Shown here one piece after another: positions 1 to 13,538 of a DNA stretch of 64,000 nt. Every line of letters begins with the position of its first letter. Within the stretch, counting starts at the first letter, position 1. This DNA comes from an uncultured Gemmatimonadales bacterium. Lineage in GTDB: Bacteria > Gemmatimonadota > Gemmatimonadetes > Gemmatimonadales > GWC2-71-9. Both the position numbers and the translations under genes were made by a program. The DNA lies in the NCBI GenBank assembly GCA_963730185.1, contig CAVSQW010000015.1, forward strand, positions 192,001 through 256,000, written 5' to 3'. The notes beneath the pieces were generated by a model that saw only the letters and a program-made list of their open reading frames with translations, searched no databases and was not told the origin of the DNA.

Positions 1-1
1 G

Positions 2-220
<219 letters not shown>

Positions 221-229
221 CGGTCACCC

Positions 230-4783
<4,554 letters not shown>

Positions 4784-4801
4784 CGGAGCTCCGGCTCCAA
4801 A

Positions 4802-4837
4802 GCCCAAGCGCCCGGGATCATTCCCGGGCGCTTGGGC
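4802..4837. terminator. Hairpin between convergent rpoC and desulfhydrase genes, probable terminator
   Basis: GCCCAAGCGCCCGGGA-TCAT-TCCCGGGCGCTTGGGC, perfect 16-bp stem; U-tracts are short on both strands. Confidence 0.8.
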
Positions 4838-4857
4838 GTTCAGGGTCCCGGATCCCC

Positions 4858-5895
4858 TCAGACGCGCGGCAGCGCCCGGAAGTTCTTTTCGGAGGCCGGC
4901 GTCATCGAGAGGCCGCCGGTGTGGACGAACAAGACCCGGCTCCCTCGCCCGAGCCGGCCGTCGGCCGCGAGAGCCAGAAGGCCCGCGAACGCCTTGGCCG
5001 TGTAGACGGTGTCGAGGAAATAGCCCTCCTCCTGAGCCAGAGCTCGAATCGCGGCGTCGCTGCCGGCGTTGGGCACTCCGTATCCTTCCTCGGCGAAGCC
5101 GAAGACCTTCTGGTGCGGGGGCACCTCGAGGTCTGCGGGCAGGCCCAGCGGCTCGAGGGCTTCCCGGAAAAACTCGGCCGGCGACGGCTGGTGGAACACC
5201 TCCTCCACGGCGTGGCGCGACATCACCGGGATTGCCCAGAGGTGGGTGTCCAGCCCGGCCATCGCGATGCCGAGCAGGAGGCCCGCAGTGGTCGATCCGG
5301 TGCCGATCGCCACCACCACATGATCGAAGTCGAACCGCCCGCCCCGCTGCTCCGCGATCTCCAGTACCGCGTTCATGTACCCCGGCTCGGCGACCGGCGT
5401 CGTGCCCCCGGCGGGCACCCAGTAGCCGCCGGTTTCCCGGGTGACCTGGTCGCAGCGGGCCCGGAGCGCCGCCGTCTGGGCCGGGGTCGGGTTGGCGAAG
5501 TCCATCGGGGAGAAGTGGAGCGTGGCCCCCAGGTAGTCGAGCAGGAGCAGGTTGCCCGAAGGCGCCGCCGGCCGTTCGCCGCCCACGACGCAGTGGATCT
5601 CGAAGCCCGCTCGTCGGCACGCCGTGGCCGACATCATGGTGTGGTTCGAAGTCAGCGGCCCCACCGTCACGATGGTGTCGTGTCCGAGGCCCCGCGCGTC
5701 GGCCAGGATGTACTCGAGCTTCCGCGTCTTGTTGCCGCCCAGGGCCACGCCCGAGCAGTCGTCGCGCTTCATCCAGAGATCGAGCCCCAGCCGCGCTCCG
5801 ATGCGCGCCAGGGGAACGAGCGGCGTGGGGAAGAGTCCGAGCGGGAGCCGGGAACGGGTCGCCAGGAAGTCGCGCAGGGCGGCGGAGTTGGCCAT
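4858..5895 (-). CDS. PLP-dependent D-cysteine desulfhydrase family enzyme
   Basis: KRDD..GGNKTRKLEY (PLP lysine), SNH, LDTVYTAKA, FVHTGG; start placed at ATG 5895. Confidence 0.85.
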   Translation of the reverse strand: MANSAALRDFLATRSRLPLGLFPTPLVPLARIGARLGLDLWMKRDDCSGVALGGNKTRKLEYILADARGLGHDTIVTVGPLTSNHTMMSATACRRAGFEIHCVVGGERPAAPSGNLLLLDYLGATLHFSPMDFANPTPAQTAALRARCDQVTRETGGYWVPAGGTTPVAEPGYMNAVLEIAEQRGGRFDFDHVVVAIGTGSTTAGLLLGIAMAGLDTHLWAIPVMSRHAVEEVFHQPSPAEFFREALEPLGLPADLEVPPHQKVFGFAEEGYGVPNAGSDAAIRALAQEEGYFLDTVYTAKAFAGLLALAADGRLGRGSRVLFVHTGGLSMTPASEKNFRALPRV

Positions 5896-6025
5896 GGCAG
5901 CCGGGGTCCTCGCGGGAGGGAAGGGGGGCACGGAACCGGGTGAAGATAATCGCCGGCCGGCCGGGGCTTGAAACCCCCGGCTGGCCGGGCCCGTATTTCT
6001 CCTAGTTTGTTGAAGAAATGGGGTC

Positions 6026-6364
6026 ATGAACTCACGCGCCTCGCTCGGGGAACTCGAGCAACTCGTCCTGCTGGCCGTGGCCCGGTTGGAGGGCAGCGGC
6101 TACGGGGTGTCGATCCAACGGGAGATCGGCGCCCGGGTCGGCCGGCGAGTCACCCTGGGCGCCGTCTACGCCACGCTGGGCCGGCTCGAGGCCAAGGGGT
6201 ACGTCAGGTCTTGGCAGGGGGAGCCGACGCCGGCTCGGGGCGGGCGGGCCAAGCGGTGCTTCGCCTTGCGCCGCGAGGGCGCCCGGGCGCTCGAGGCCGG
6301 CCGCCGGTCGCTGGAGCAGATGTGGGACGGCTTGGTGCTCGACCCGAAGCCGGGCGCGCCGTGA
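6026..6364 (+). CDS. PadR-family transcriptional regulator
   Basis: LGELEQLVLLAV..YGVSI..GAVYATLGRLEAKG..RGGRAKR; its stop overlaps the permease start (GTGA). Confidence 0.92.
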   Translation: MNSRASLGELEQLVLLAVARLEGSGYGVSIQREIGARVGRRVTLGAVYATLGRLEAKGYVRSWQGEPTPARGGRAKRCFALRREGARALEAGRRSLEQMWDGLVLDPKPGAP

Positions 6365-9015
6365 GCGGCTCGCTCCCCCCTCGTCTCGTTTCGTTGCTCC
6401 GGCGCCGGCTCGGCGAGCGGGCCGAGCCGATTCTCGGCGACCTGGCCGAGGGGCTCGCGGACCGGCTCGGCGGCCGCGGGCGGCCGAGCCCCGGCGACCG
6501 CCTCTGGGTCTGGCGGGAGGGGCTCTCGTGCCTGACGCCGGCCGTCCGCCGGGCTCTCCAGCCGACCCCTCGTTCCTCCGCCACCAGAGCCGGGAGACGC
6601 CTCATGGATGCGCTGCTCAACGACCTCCGCTTTGCGTTCCGCTCGATTCGGCGGGCCCCGTCCTTCGCGCTGCTCGCCGTTGGGACGATCGCCCTGGGCA
6701 TCGCGGCGACGACGGTGGTCTACTCGGCGGTCGACGGGCTCGTGCTCCGACCGTTTCCGTTTCCCGAGCCGTCGACCCTGGTGGGAGTGGGCAGCGCGCA
6801 CCCGACGATCGGGGGCGAGATGACCTTTTTCGAGCACCTCTCGCCGGCGGAATACCAGGACATCGCCGGGACGGGCGCGCTGGACAAGGTCGTGGCGTGG
6901 GACATGGGCAATCGTCAGGTCTCGGTCGGGGAGCAGGCGGAGAATCTCTTCAGCGGCTTCTGGTGGGGCGATGCCTTCCCGACCCTCGAGGTTCGGCCCT
7001 ACCTGGGCCGGGGCTTCAGTCCGGAGGAGATTCACGAGGGCCGGCACGTGGCGGTGCTCTCGTACCGGGTGTGGCGCGACCGGTTCGGGGGCGACAGCTC
7101 GCTGGTGGGTGGGCGGGTTCTGGTGAATGGCGATCCATACGACGTGGTCGGCATCATGCCGCCGGGAGCGGTGCTCTACGGCATGGATCTCTGGCTCCCG
7201 ATGCCGATCGCTCCCGAAGTATTTGCCCGGAATCGGCGTCAGTTCCAGGTGCTTGCCCGGCTGGCGCCGGGCGCCACGATGGCCTCGGTCCAGTCGGAGC
7301 TCGACGTCCTGGCCCGGCGGGTGGAGGCGACTTTTGGGGCGGAATTTCGCGAGTACGCCGGCTGGCGGCTCGAAGCCAAGACCTGGAACGACATCAACGT
7401 GGCGGCCCTCCGTCCGGCGGCGATAGTGCTGCTGGCGGCGGTCGGGTTCGTGATGCTACTGGTCTCCACCAACATCGCCACCCTCCTGCTCGGCCGGGCT
7501 ACGGGCCGGACCCGTGAGATGGCGGTGCGGAACGCCCTTGGCGCCGGACGCCGGCGGCTGCTCCGTCAGCTGCTGACCGAGAGCCTGCTGCTGGCCGTGG
7601 CGGGCGCCACGGTCGGGGTGGCGCTCGGGTACCTTGGCGTCCGGGGTGTGGCGGGGCTGGTGCCGGCCCTGGGCATTCCCGTCCCCGGCCACTTGGCGGT
7701 GAGCGGCCGGGTGCTCGGGGTGAGCGTCGGGGTCGCGGTGCTGGCCGGCCTGGCGTTCGGCATCGTCCCGGCGCTCTACTCGCTCCGAGTCGATCCGCAG
7801 CGGACCCTGCAATCGGAGGCCGCGGCGAGCACGGGAACGGCGTCCCGGCTCCGGCTTCAGCAGCTGCTGGTGGCCGTCGAAGCGGCGCTGGCCGTCACCC
7901 TGCTCGCGGGGAGCGGTTACCTGCTGCACAGCTTCGTCCGGCTTCGGGCGGTGGAGCCCGGGTTCGCGCCGGAGCGGGTGCTCACCCTCCGCCTCTCCCT
8001 CGCCCGCGAGCGCTACCAGGCCGACGCGATCGAGCCGTTCTTCGCCGACCTTCGCGAGCGGCTGGCGGGCGTCGCGGGCGTCCGGTCGGTCGCCACGGCC
8101 TCGCAGTTTCCGCCGGTAGTGTTCAGCCGATTCGAATTCAGGATCGAGGGCCGCGCGGCCGACGCCTCGCCCGCGGCCGCCTTCGCGACGCTGGTCAGCC
8201 CGGGCTACTTCTCGACCCTCCGGATTCCGGTGATCGAGGGCCGAACCTTCAGCCCGTTCGACGGTCCGGACGCGCCCCGGGTCGCGATCGTCAACGAGGT
8301 CGCCGCGCGGCGGTACTTCCCGGCCGGGGCCGTGGGGAGCCGGATCCGGATCGGGACCGACCGGGCGCCGTGGACCGAGGTCGTCGGGGTGGTGGCGTCC
8401 ACGAAGAACCGCGGCCTCGACCGCGACGCCGCACCCGAGATCTTCGCACCGAGCCTTCAGCTGGGCGGCTTCAACAATCAGATGTTCGTGTTGATCCGCT
8501 CGGCCGGCGAGCCCCGCGCCCTCTTACCGGCCGTTCGGGCGGTGGTCAAGGCGCTCGACCCGGAGCAGCCGATCTACGCCATTCGGACCCTGCAGGAAAC
8601 CATCGACGAATCGCAGGTCCGCCGGCGGGTTCCGGCCTTGCTGCTCACCCTGTTCGGTGGCTTCGCGCTGGGGCTCGCGGCTGTCGGCATCTACGGCGTC
8701 GTGAGCTATGCCACCAGTCAGCGGACTCGCGAAGTGGGGGTCCGGGTGGCGCTGGGCGCGAGTCGCTCTCAGGTGGCCCGGCTGTTCGTCCGCCAGGCGC
8801 TTCTGCCGGTGGGGGTTGGCGCCGTCGTCGGACTGGCCTTGGCGCTCGCGCTCGGGCGGCTGATGAGCGGGCTGCTCTTCGAGGTCGGTGCGAACGATCT
8901 CGCCACCCTGGGCCTCGCGGCGGGGCTCCTGGTCGTCATCGGTCTGGCGGCCGCCTGGGCGCCCGCCCGGCGGGCCGCTCGACTCGACCCCGTCCGCGCG
9001 CTCCACGGTCGCTGA
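6361..9015 (+). CDS. Duplicated MacB/FtsX ABC permease (ADOP-like orphan permease)
   Basis: DLRFAFRSIRRAPSF, two FtsX halves (RTREMAVRNALGA and RTREVGVRVALGA), C-terminal PARRAARLDP; no ATPase gene adjacent. Confidence 0.9.
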   Translation: MSGSLPPRLVSLLRRRLGERAEPILGDLAEGLADRLGGRGRPSPGDRLWVWREGLSCLTPAVRRALQPTPRSSATRAGRRLMDALLNDLRFAFRSIRRAPSFALLAVGTIALGIAATTVVYSAVDGLVLRPFPFPEPSTLVGVGSAHPTIGGEMTFFEHLSPAEYQDIAGTGALDKVVAWDMGNRQVSVGEQAENLFSGFWWGDAFPTLEVRPYLGRGFSPEEIHEGRHVAVLSYRVWRDRFGGDSSLVGGRVLVNGDPYDVVGIMPPGAVLYGMDLWLPMPIAPEVFARNRRQFQVLARLAPGATMASVQSELDVLARRVEATFGAEFREYAGWRLEAKTWNDINVAALRPAAIVLLAAVGFVMLLVSTNIATLLLGRATGRTREMAVRNALGAGRRRLLRQLLTESLLLAVAGATVGVALGYLGVRGVAGLVPALGIPVPGHLAVSGRVLGVSVGVAVLAGLAFGIVPALYSLRVDPQRTLQSEAAASTGTASRLRLQQLLVAVEAALAVTLLAGSGYLLHSFVRLRAVEPGFAPERVLTLRLSLARERYQADAIEPFFADLRERLAGVAGVRSVATASQFPPVVFSRFEFRIEGRAADASPAAAFATLVSPGYFSTLRIPVIEGRTFSPFDGPDAPRVAIVNEVAARRYFPAGAVGSRIRIGTDRAPWTEVVGVVASTKNRGLDRDAAPEIFAPSLQLGGFNNQMFVLIRSAGEPRALLPAVRAVVKALDPEQPIYAIRTLQETIDESQVRRRVPALLLTLFGGFALGLAAVGIYGVVSYATSQRTREVGVRVALGASRSQVARLFVRQALLPVGVGAVVGLALALALGRLMSGLLFEVGANDLATLGLAAGLLVVIGLAAAWAPARRAARLDPVRALHGR

Positions 9016-9263
9016 TCGCGGCCCGTCGCTCCACTCTCTGATCGAGGTCACCATCCGGGGCGGTGTCCGCGCGCGAACTGGCGCCGAACGTCGCCCGACC
9101 TGCTGACGGCCCATCCGCGGTATTATCCTACAGCGTTCGCTTGCGCGTCGTACCTGAGGCAGGCCGAGGGGCGGCGCCGCCGCTCCGGAACTCCAAGGAG
9201 GGATGCCATGCTCGCCCCCGACCCGGACGAGGCCCGGGCTTCCGCGCCCGAGGCTAGGACCTG

Positions 9264-10595
9264 ATGGGCCAACCGGATCGTTTTCTCGAGGAGTACCAGC
9301 GGAAGCACCCGGGCTCCGCGGATTGGCATCGCCGAGCCACCGGCTACTTCGCCGCCGACGGATCCACCCACTTCGCGCGAGTCAGCGCACCGACCCGACC
9401 CTACATCACCCGCGCCCAAGGCTCCCGCAAATGGGACGTCGACGGCAACGAGTACCTCGACTACGTCATGGGACACGGCGCCCTGGTGTTGGGGCACTCG
9501 CACCCGGCGATCGTCGCGGCCGTGCAGGAGCAGGTCGCTCGCGGCGTTCACTTCGGTGACAATCATCCGCTCGAGGTGGAATGGGCCGAGCGGATCCGCG
9601 GGCTGATGCCGGCGGCGGAGCGGGTGGAATACTTCGCCTCGGGGATGGAGGCCAACTTGATGGCCATCCGTCTGGCTCGGGTGAAGACCGGCCGGAAGCG
9701 GGTGCTCCGGTTCGAGCACAACTACCACGGCTGGGGCGACGAGCTGGTCGCGCCGGGAACCCCGGGGGCCGTGGCCGATCTGGTGACTGTGATCCCCGCC
9801 AACGACCTCGCGGCAGTGGATCGTGAGCTGGCGTCCGGTCGGTACGCGATGGTTCTGGTCGAAGGGGGCGGGGGACGGGTGGCCGGCCGCTACCCGACCA
9901 AGGTCGAGTTCTACCAAGGCCTGCCCGCGATCGCCCGGGCCCACGACGTGGTGCTCGCGCTCGACGAGGTGGTGACGGGCTTTCGCGAGGCGCCGGGCGG
10001 CTGGCAGTCGGTGGTGGGGATCACGCCCGATCTCACCACGGTCGGGAAGGCGGTCAGCGGCGGCCTGCCCTGTGGCGCCTTGCTCGGCCGCGAGGAGGTG
10101 TTCGACGCGCTCAGCCCGGCAACCCCGCCAGCGGGCCGCGTCTCGCACGGTGGCACCTGGAACGGCGCGCCGGTGACCTGTGCCGCGGGGATTGCCGCCT
10201 GCGGTCTCTACGCCGATGGGGCGCCCCACCGGCGGGCCCGGGCGGCGGCCGACCAGCTCCGGGTCCAGGTGAACGACCGGATGCGGCGCCGCGGGGTGAA
10301 TCTCCGCCTCTACGGTCGGAGCATTCTCCACGTGTACGCCGGTCCCCTCGACCGGGAGCCTTCCGACGACGGCTATGCGCCGACGGACCACGCGGCCCAT
10401 CTGGCCAATCCGGAGGCCACCAAGGTGTACAAGCGCCTCGACCTGCACCTGGTGCAGCGCGGCGTCACGACCCTTCGGGGCGAGGCGTTCGTGGTCTCGG
10501 CGGCGCACGACGACGCCGACGTGGAGCGCACCGCGGCGGTGGTCGAGGAGTCGGTGGCCGCGATGCTCGACGAGGGGTCCCTGGCCCCCGACTGA
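9264..10595 (+). CDS. Class III PLP aminotransferase (GSA-aminomutase-like)
   Basis: WDVDGNEYLDY, NYHG, DEVVTGFR, TTVGKAVSGGLP, HGGTWNG. Confidence 0.88.
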   Translation: MGQPDRFLEEYQRKHPGSADWHRRATGYFAADGSTHFARVSAPTRPYITRAQGSRKWDVDGNEYLDYVMGHGALVLGHSHPAIVAAVQEQVARGVHFGDNHPLEVEWAERIRGLMPAAERVEYFASGMEANLMAIRLARVKTGRKRVLRFEHNYHGWGDELVAPGTPGAVADLVTVIPANDLAAVDRELASGRYAMVLVEGGGGRVAGRYPTKVEFYQGLPAIARAHDVVLALDEVVTGFREAPGGWQSVVGITPDLTTVGKAVSGGLPCGALLGREEVFDALSPATPPAGRVSHGGTWNGAPVTCAAGIAACGLYADGAPHRRARAAADQLRVQVNDRMRRRGVNLRLYGRSILHVYAGPLDREPSDDGYAPTDHAAHLANPEATKVYKRLDLHLVQRGVTTLRGEAFVVSAAHDDADVERTAAVVEESVAAMLDEGSLAPD

Positions 10596-10624
10596 GGGTG
10601 GTCAGCGGCCGGTCGGGTCTCCGG

Positions 10625-12319
10625 TCAGCCGGAGGTCGGGCCGGTCCGGCGGTAGGGCGGGGGCTCGGTGAGGTCGCCCCGGGCCACCCGTGCCTGGACC
10701 TCCTGCCAGTACCCAGGGGTGAACAGGGCGGCGTGCTCCGCCCGGAAGGCCCCGTGGAGCGGCTCGGGAAAGCGGAGGAAGCGTTCGAACTCCTCCGGGA
10801 ACACGTCGCCGTCCCTGACCGGGTACCACGGCTCGGCGGCCAGCTCGTCTTCCTCGGTCCGGGGCGCGGGGATCGACCGAAACTGGCAGGCGGTGAGCGC
10901 CGAGATCTCGTCGTAGTCGTAGAAGACCACCCGCCCGTGACGGGTGACCCCGAAGTTCTTCGCCAGCATGTCGCCCGGGAAAATGTTGATGCCGGCCAGC
11001 TCCCGGATGGCGTGGCCGAAGTCCACCACCGCCGCCCGGGCGTCCGCCTCGGAGGCCGAGCGGAGATAGACGTCGAGAGGCGTCATCCGGCGCTCGGTGT
11101 AGAGGTGCGACAGCAGGAGCCGGCCGTCCTTCCGGGTTACGCTCCCGGCCGCGTCCTGGATCAGCTGGGTGTGGACCTCGGGCGCGAAGGCCCGCTCCGG
11201 GAGCGAGAGCCCCTCGAACTCCTGGCTGTCGGCCAGGCGCCCGCCGTGCTCGGTCACGAACACGAACCGATACTTCTCCATCACCTCGCGGCGGGTGACG
11301 GTCTTGGGCGGGTCGGGGCGATCCTTGATCACCTTGAAGACCGCGTTGAGGGGCGGCAGCGCGAAGACCACCATCACCATCCCTTCCACCCCGGGCGCCG
11401 GCTCGAAGTGCCGGCCCGGCTCGGCCACGATCCGCTCGAGCGCCTGGTAGAACTCCCGCTTCCCCTGCTTGTGGTAGCCCAGCACCGTGAAGAGCTCGTC
11501 GATCCGCTTGGCCGGAATCAGCGAGTGGATGAAGGCCACCGCGGCGCGGGGCGCGGCGACATCGACGTGGAAGTAGGAGCGGGTGAACCCGAAGACGATG
11601 CTCGCCTCGTCGGGGGTGAGGAGCACGGCGTCGGGACGGAGCCCATCGGGATGGGGCACGATCGGGACGATCAGCGGCACCCGCCGAGCCGAGGTCGTCA
11701 CCCGTCCTACCAGGAAGGCGCGCCGATTCCGGACCAGGGGCTCGGGCAGGAGGTCCAGGGTGCCGCCCGCCGCCAGCTCGGGCAGTGCCTCCGACATCCG
11801 CCCGGCCACCCAGGCGGCGTCGCCCCGGAGGTCGGCCCAGGCCCGGAAGCCGAGTCGCTCGAACGCGGTCACGATCGAGGCGGTCGGGGTCTCGCCGGCT
11901 GGGAGGGGAAGGGTCTCCGCCACCGACCCTTCGTGCAGGGTCGGCGGTCCCAGGTCGAGGAACTCGGCGGCGGGGTTCACGCCCACCGTGCCGAGGATCC
12001 GTCGGATGGCCGAGTTGTAGAAGGTCCGGCCGATGTCCGCGTCGGGGCGGTCGGCCACCAGGTTGGCGTAGCGGCGGAAGAGAATGTCCGGGGGTACCGG
12101 GTGCCAGTGCGAGAGCCGGCTCACCTCCACCACGGCCTGTTGGACCACCCGGCCGTAGAGCAGCAGCCGCGCCTCCACCCGGCCCTCCATCGCGCGCCAG
12201 TCCCGCCGCTCGAAGTCCTGGCGGACCTGGCGGGTCAGCCGGCGGAACTCGTCGGTGTAGGACGCGAACGCCTGGACCAGGGCATCGGTCGCGAGCCGGA
12301 CGACCGGGTGATTCTGCAT
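10625..12319 (-). CDS. aceK: Isocitrate dehydrogenase kinase/phosphatase
   Basis: FGFTRSYF, APGVEGMVMVVF, FKVIKD, GRLADSQEF, NIFPGDMLAKNFGVTRHGRVVFYDYDEI. Confidence 0.95.
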   Translation of the reverse strand: MQNHPVVRLATDALVQAFASYTDEFRRLTRQVRQDFERRDWRAMEGRVEARLLLYGRVVQQAVVEVSRLSHWHPVPPDILFRRYANLVADRPDADIGRTFYNSAIRRILGTVGVNPAAEFLDLGPPTLHEGSVAETLPLPAGETPTASIVTAFERLGFRAWADLRGDAAWVAGRMSEALPELAAGGTLDLLPEPLVRNRRAFLVGRVTTSARRVPLIVPIVPHPDGLRPDAVLLTPDEASIVFGFTRSYFHVDVAAPRAAVAFIHSLIPAKRIDELFTVLGYHKQGKREFYQALERIVAEPGRHFEPAPGVEGMVMVVFALPPLNAVFKVIKDRPDPPKTVTRREVMEKYRFVFVTEHGGRLADSQEFEGLSLPERAFAPEVHTQLIQDAAGSVTRKDGRLLLSHLYTERRMTPLDVYLRSASEADARAAVVDFGHAIRELAGINIFPGDMLAKNFGVTRHGRVVFYDYDEISALTACQFRSIPAPRTEEDELAAEPWYPVRDGDVFPEEFERFLRFPEPLHGAFRAEHAALFTPGYWQEVQARVARGDLTEPPPYRRTGPTSG

Positions 12320-12419
12320 CCTCGGAGGATAGCGCCGGCGAGGCGCCCGGCGAAACGGACTTGCGGCGCTTGGTCCGCGGGAGAGATGTTGCCGAGCCCC
12401 CTCATCGTCGGAGCGCCGG

Positions 12420-13538
12420 ATGGATCGAGATCCCGCACCGCCGCCGTCCGGGCCGCTCGCCGGGCTCCGGGTGGTGGAGTTCGCCGGCCTCGGCCCGGCG
12501 CCCCTCGCCGGGATGCTCCTGGCCGATCTGGGCGCCGACGTGGTCGTGGTGGATCGTCCCGACGCCGCGGCGATCCACCGTTTCGTGGCGCCGCCCTATC
12601 GGCTGGCCGAACGGGGCAAGCGGCGGGTCGGGCTCGATCTGAAGGCCCCCGAGGGGGTCGCTGGGGCGCTGGCGCTGGTGGAATGCGGGGAGGCCCTAAT
12701 CGAGGGTCTTCGACCGGGCGCGATGGAACGGCTCGGGCTCGGGCCCGAGGTCGCGCTCTCTCGCCGGCCGTCGCTGGTCTACGCCCGGATCACCGGGTGG
12801 GGCCAGACGGGGCCGCGGGCACCGACCGCCGGTCACGACATCGACTACCTGGCCATTACCGGCGCGCTCCACGCGATCGGTCCCGCCGGTGCGCCGGTGG
12901 TGCCGCTCAACCTGGTGGGCGACTATGCCGGGGGAACGCTCTTCGGGGTGGTCGGGCTCCTCGCTGCCCTGCTGGAGGCCCGCCGGTCCGGCCAGGGACA
13001 GGTGGTGGACGTGGCGATGGTGGACGGGGTGGGCGCGATCATGGCGCCGCTCTTCGGCATGCTGGCCGGCGGAGGCTGGGAGGACCGGCGCGAGGCCAAC
13101 CTGCTCGACGGCGCGGCGCCCTTCTACACGACCTACCGCACTCGGGATGGAGGCTTCCTGGCCGTCGGGGCGCTGGAGGATCGGTTCTTTTCCGTCCTGG
13201 CCGCCGGCCTCGACCTCGACCCCGGCCTGGTCGTCACCCGCCGGGACCGAGCGACCTGGCCGGCGCTCCGCGAAACGCTGGCGGCCCGGATCGCGACCCG
13301 AACGCGCGACGAGTGGGTGGCGCATTTCGACGGTTCGGACGCCTGCGTCGCGCCGGTGCTCTCCCTCGGCGAGGCCGGCAGCGATGCCCACCAGCGGGCC
13401 CGGGGCGCCTTCGTCGAGGTCGACGGAGTGCAGCACCCGGCGCCGGCGCCGCGGTTCGGTCGTACCCCTGCCAGGCCGCCGGGCCGGCCGGCGGTCGAGT
13501 CGGTGGATCTGAAGGTGGTGCTCGAACAATGGGCCTAG
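12420..13538 (+). CDS. CaiB/BaiF class III CoA-transferase (alpha-methylacyl-CoA racemase-like)
   Basis: GPLAGLRVVEFAGLGPAP, RPGAMERLGLG, GHDIDY, NLVGDYAGG, PAPAPRF. Confidence 0.9.
   Translation: MDRDPAPPPSGPLAGLRVVEFAGLGPAPLAGMLLADLGADVVVVDRPDAAAIHRFVAPPYRLAERGKRRVGLDLKAPEGVAGALALVECGEALIEGLRPGAMERLGLGPEVALSRRPSLVYARITGWGQTGPRAPTAGHDIDYLAITGALHAIGPAGAPVVPLNLVGDYAGGTLFGVVGLLAALLEARRSGQGQVVDVAMVDGVGAIMAPLFGMLAGGGWEDRREANLLDGAAPFYTTYRTRDGGFLAVGALEDRFFSVLAAGLDLDPGLVVTRRDRATWPALRETLAARIATRTRDEWVAHFDGSDACVAPVLSLGEAGSDAHQRARGAFVEVDGVQHPAPAPRFGRTPARPPGRPAVESVDLKVVLEQWA

Noticed and set aside
4858..5895. ACC deaminase (acdS) call
   Set aside because: It has VYTAK and HTGG where true ACC deaminases have VYEGK and HLGG (E295/L322), which fits the D-cysteine desulfhydrase-like branch.
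9264..10595. Assignment as hemL
   Set aside because: Family motifs are present but divergent (SGMEA instead of SGTEA, VEG instead of VEP) and no heme genes are adjacent, so it is left as a class III aminotransferase.
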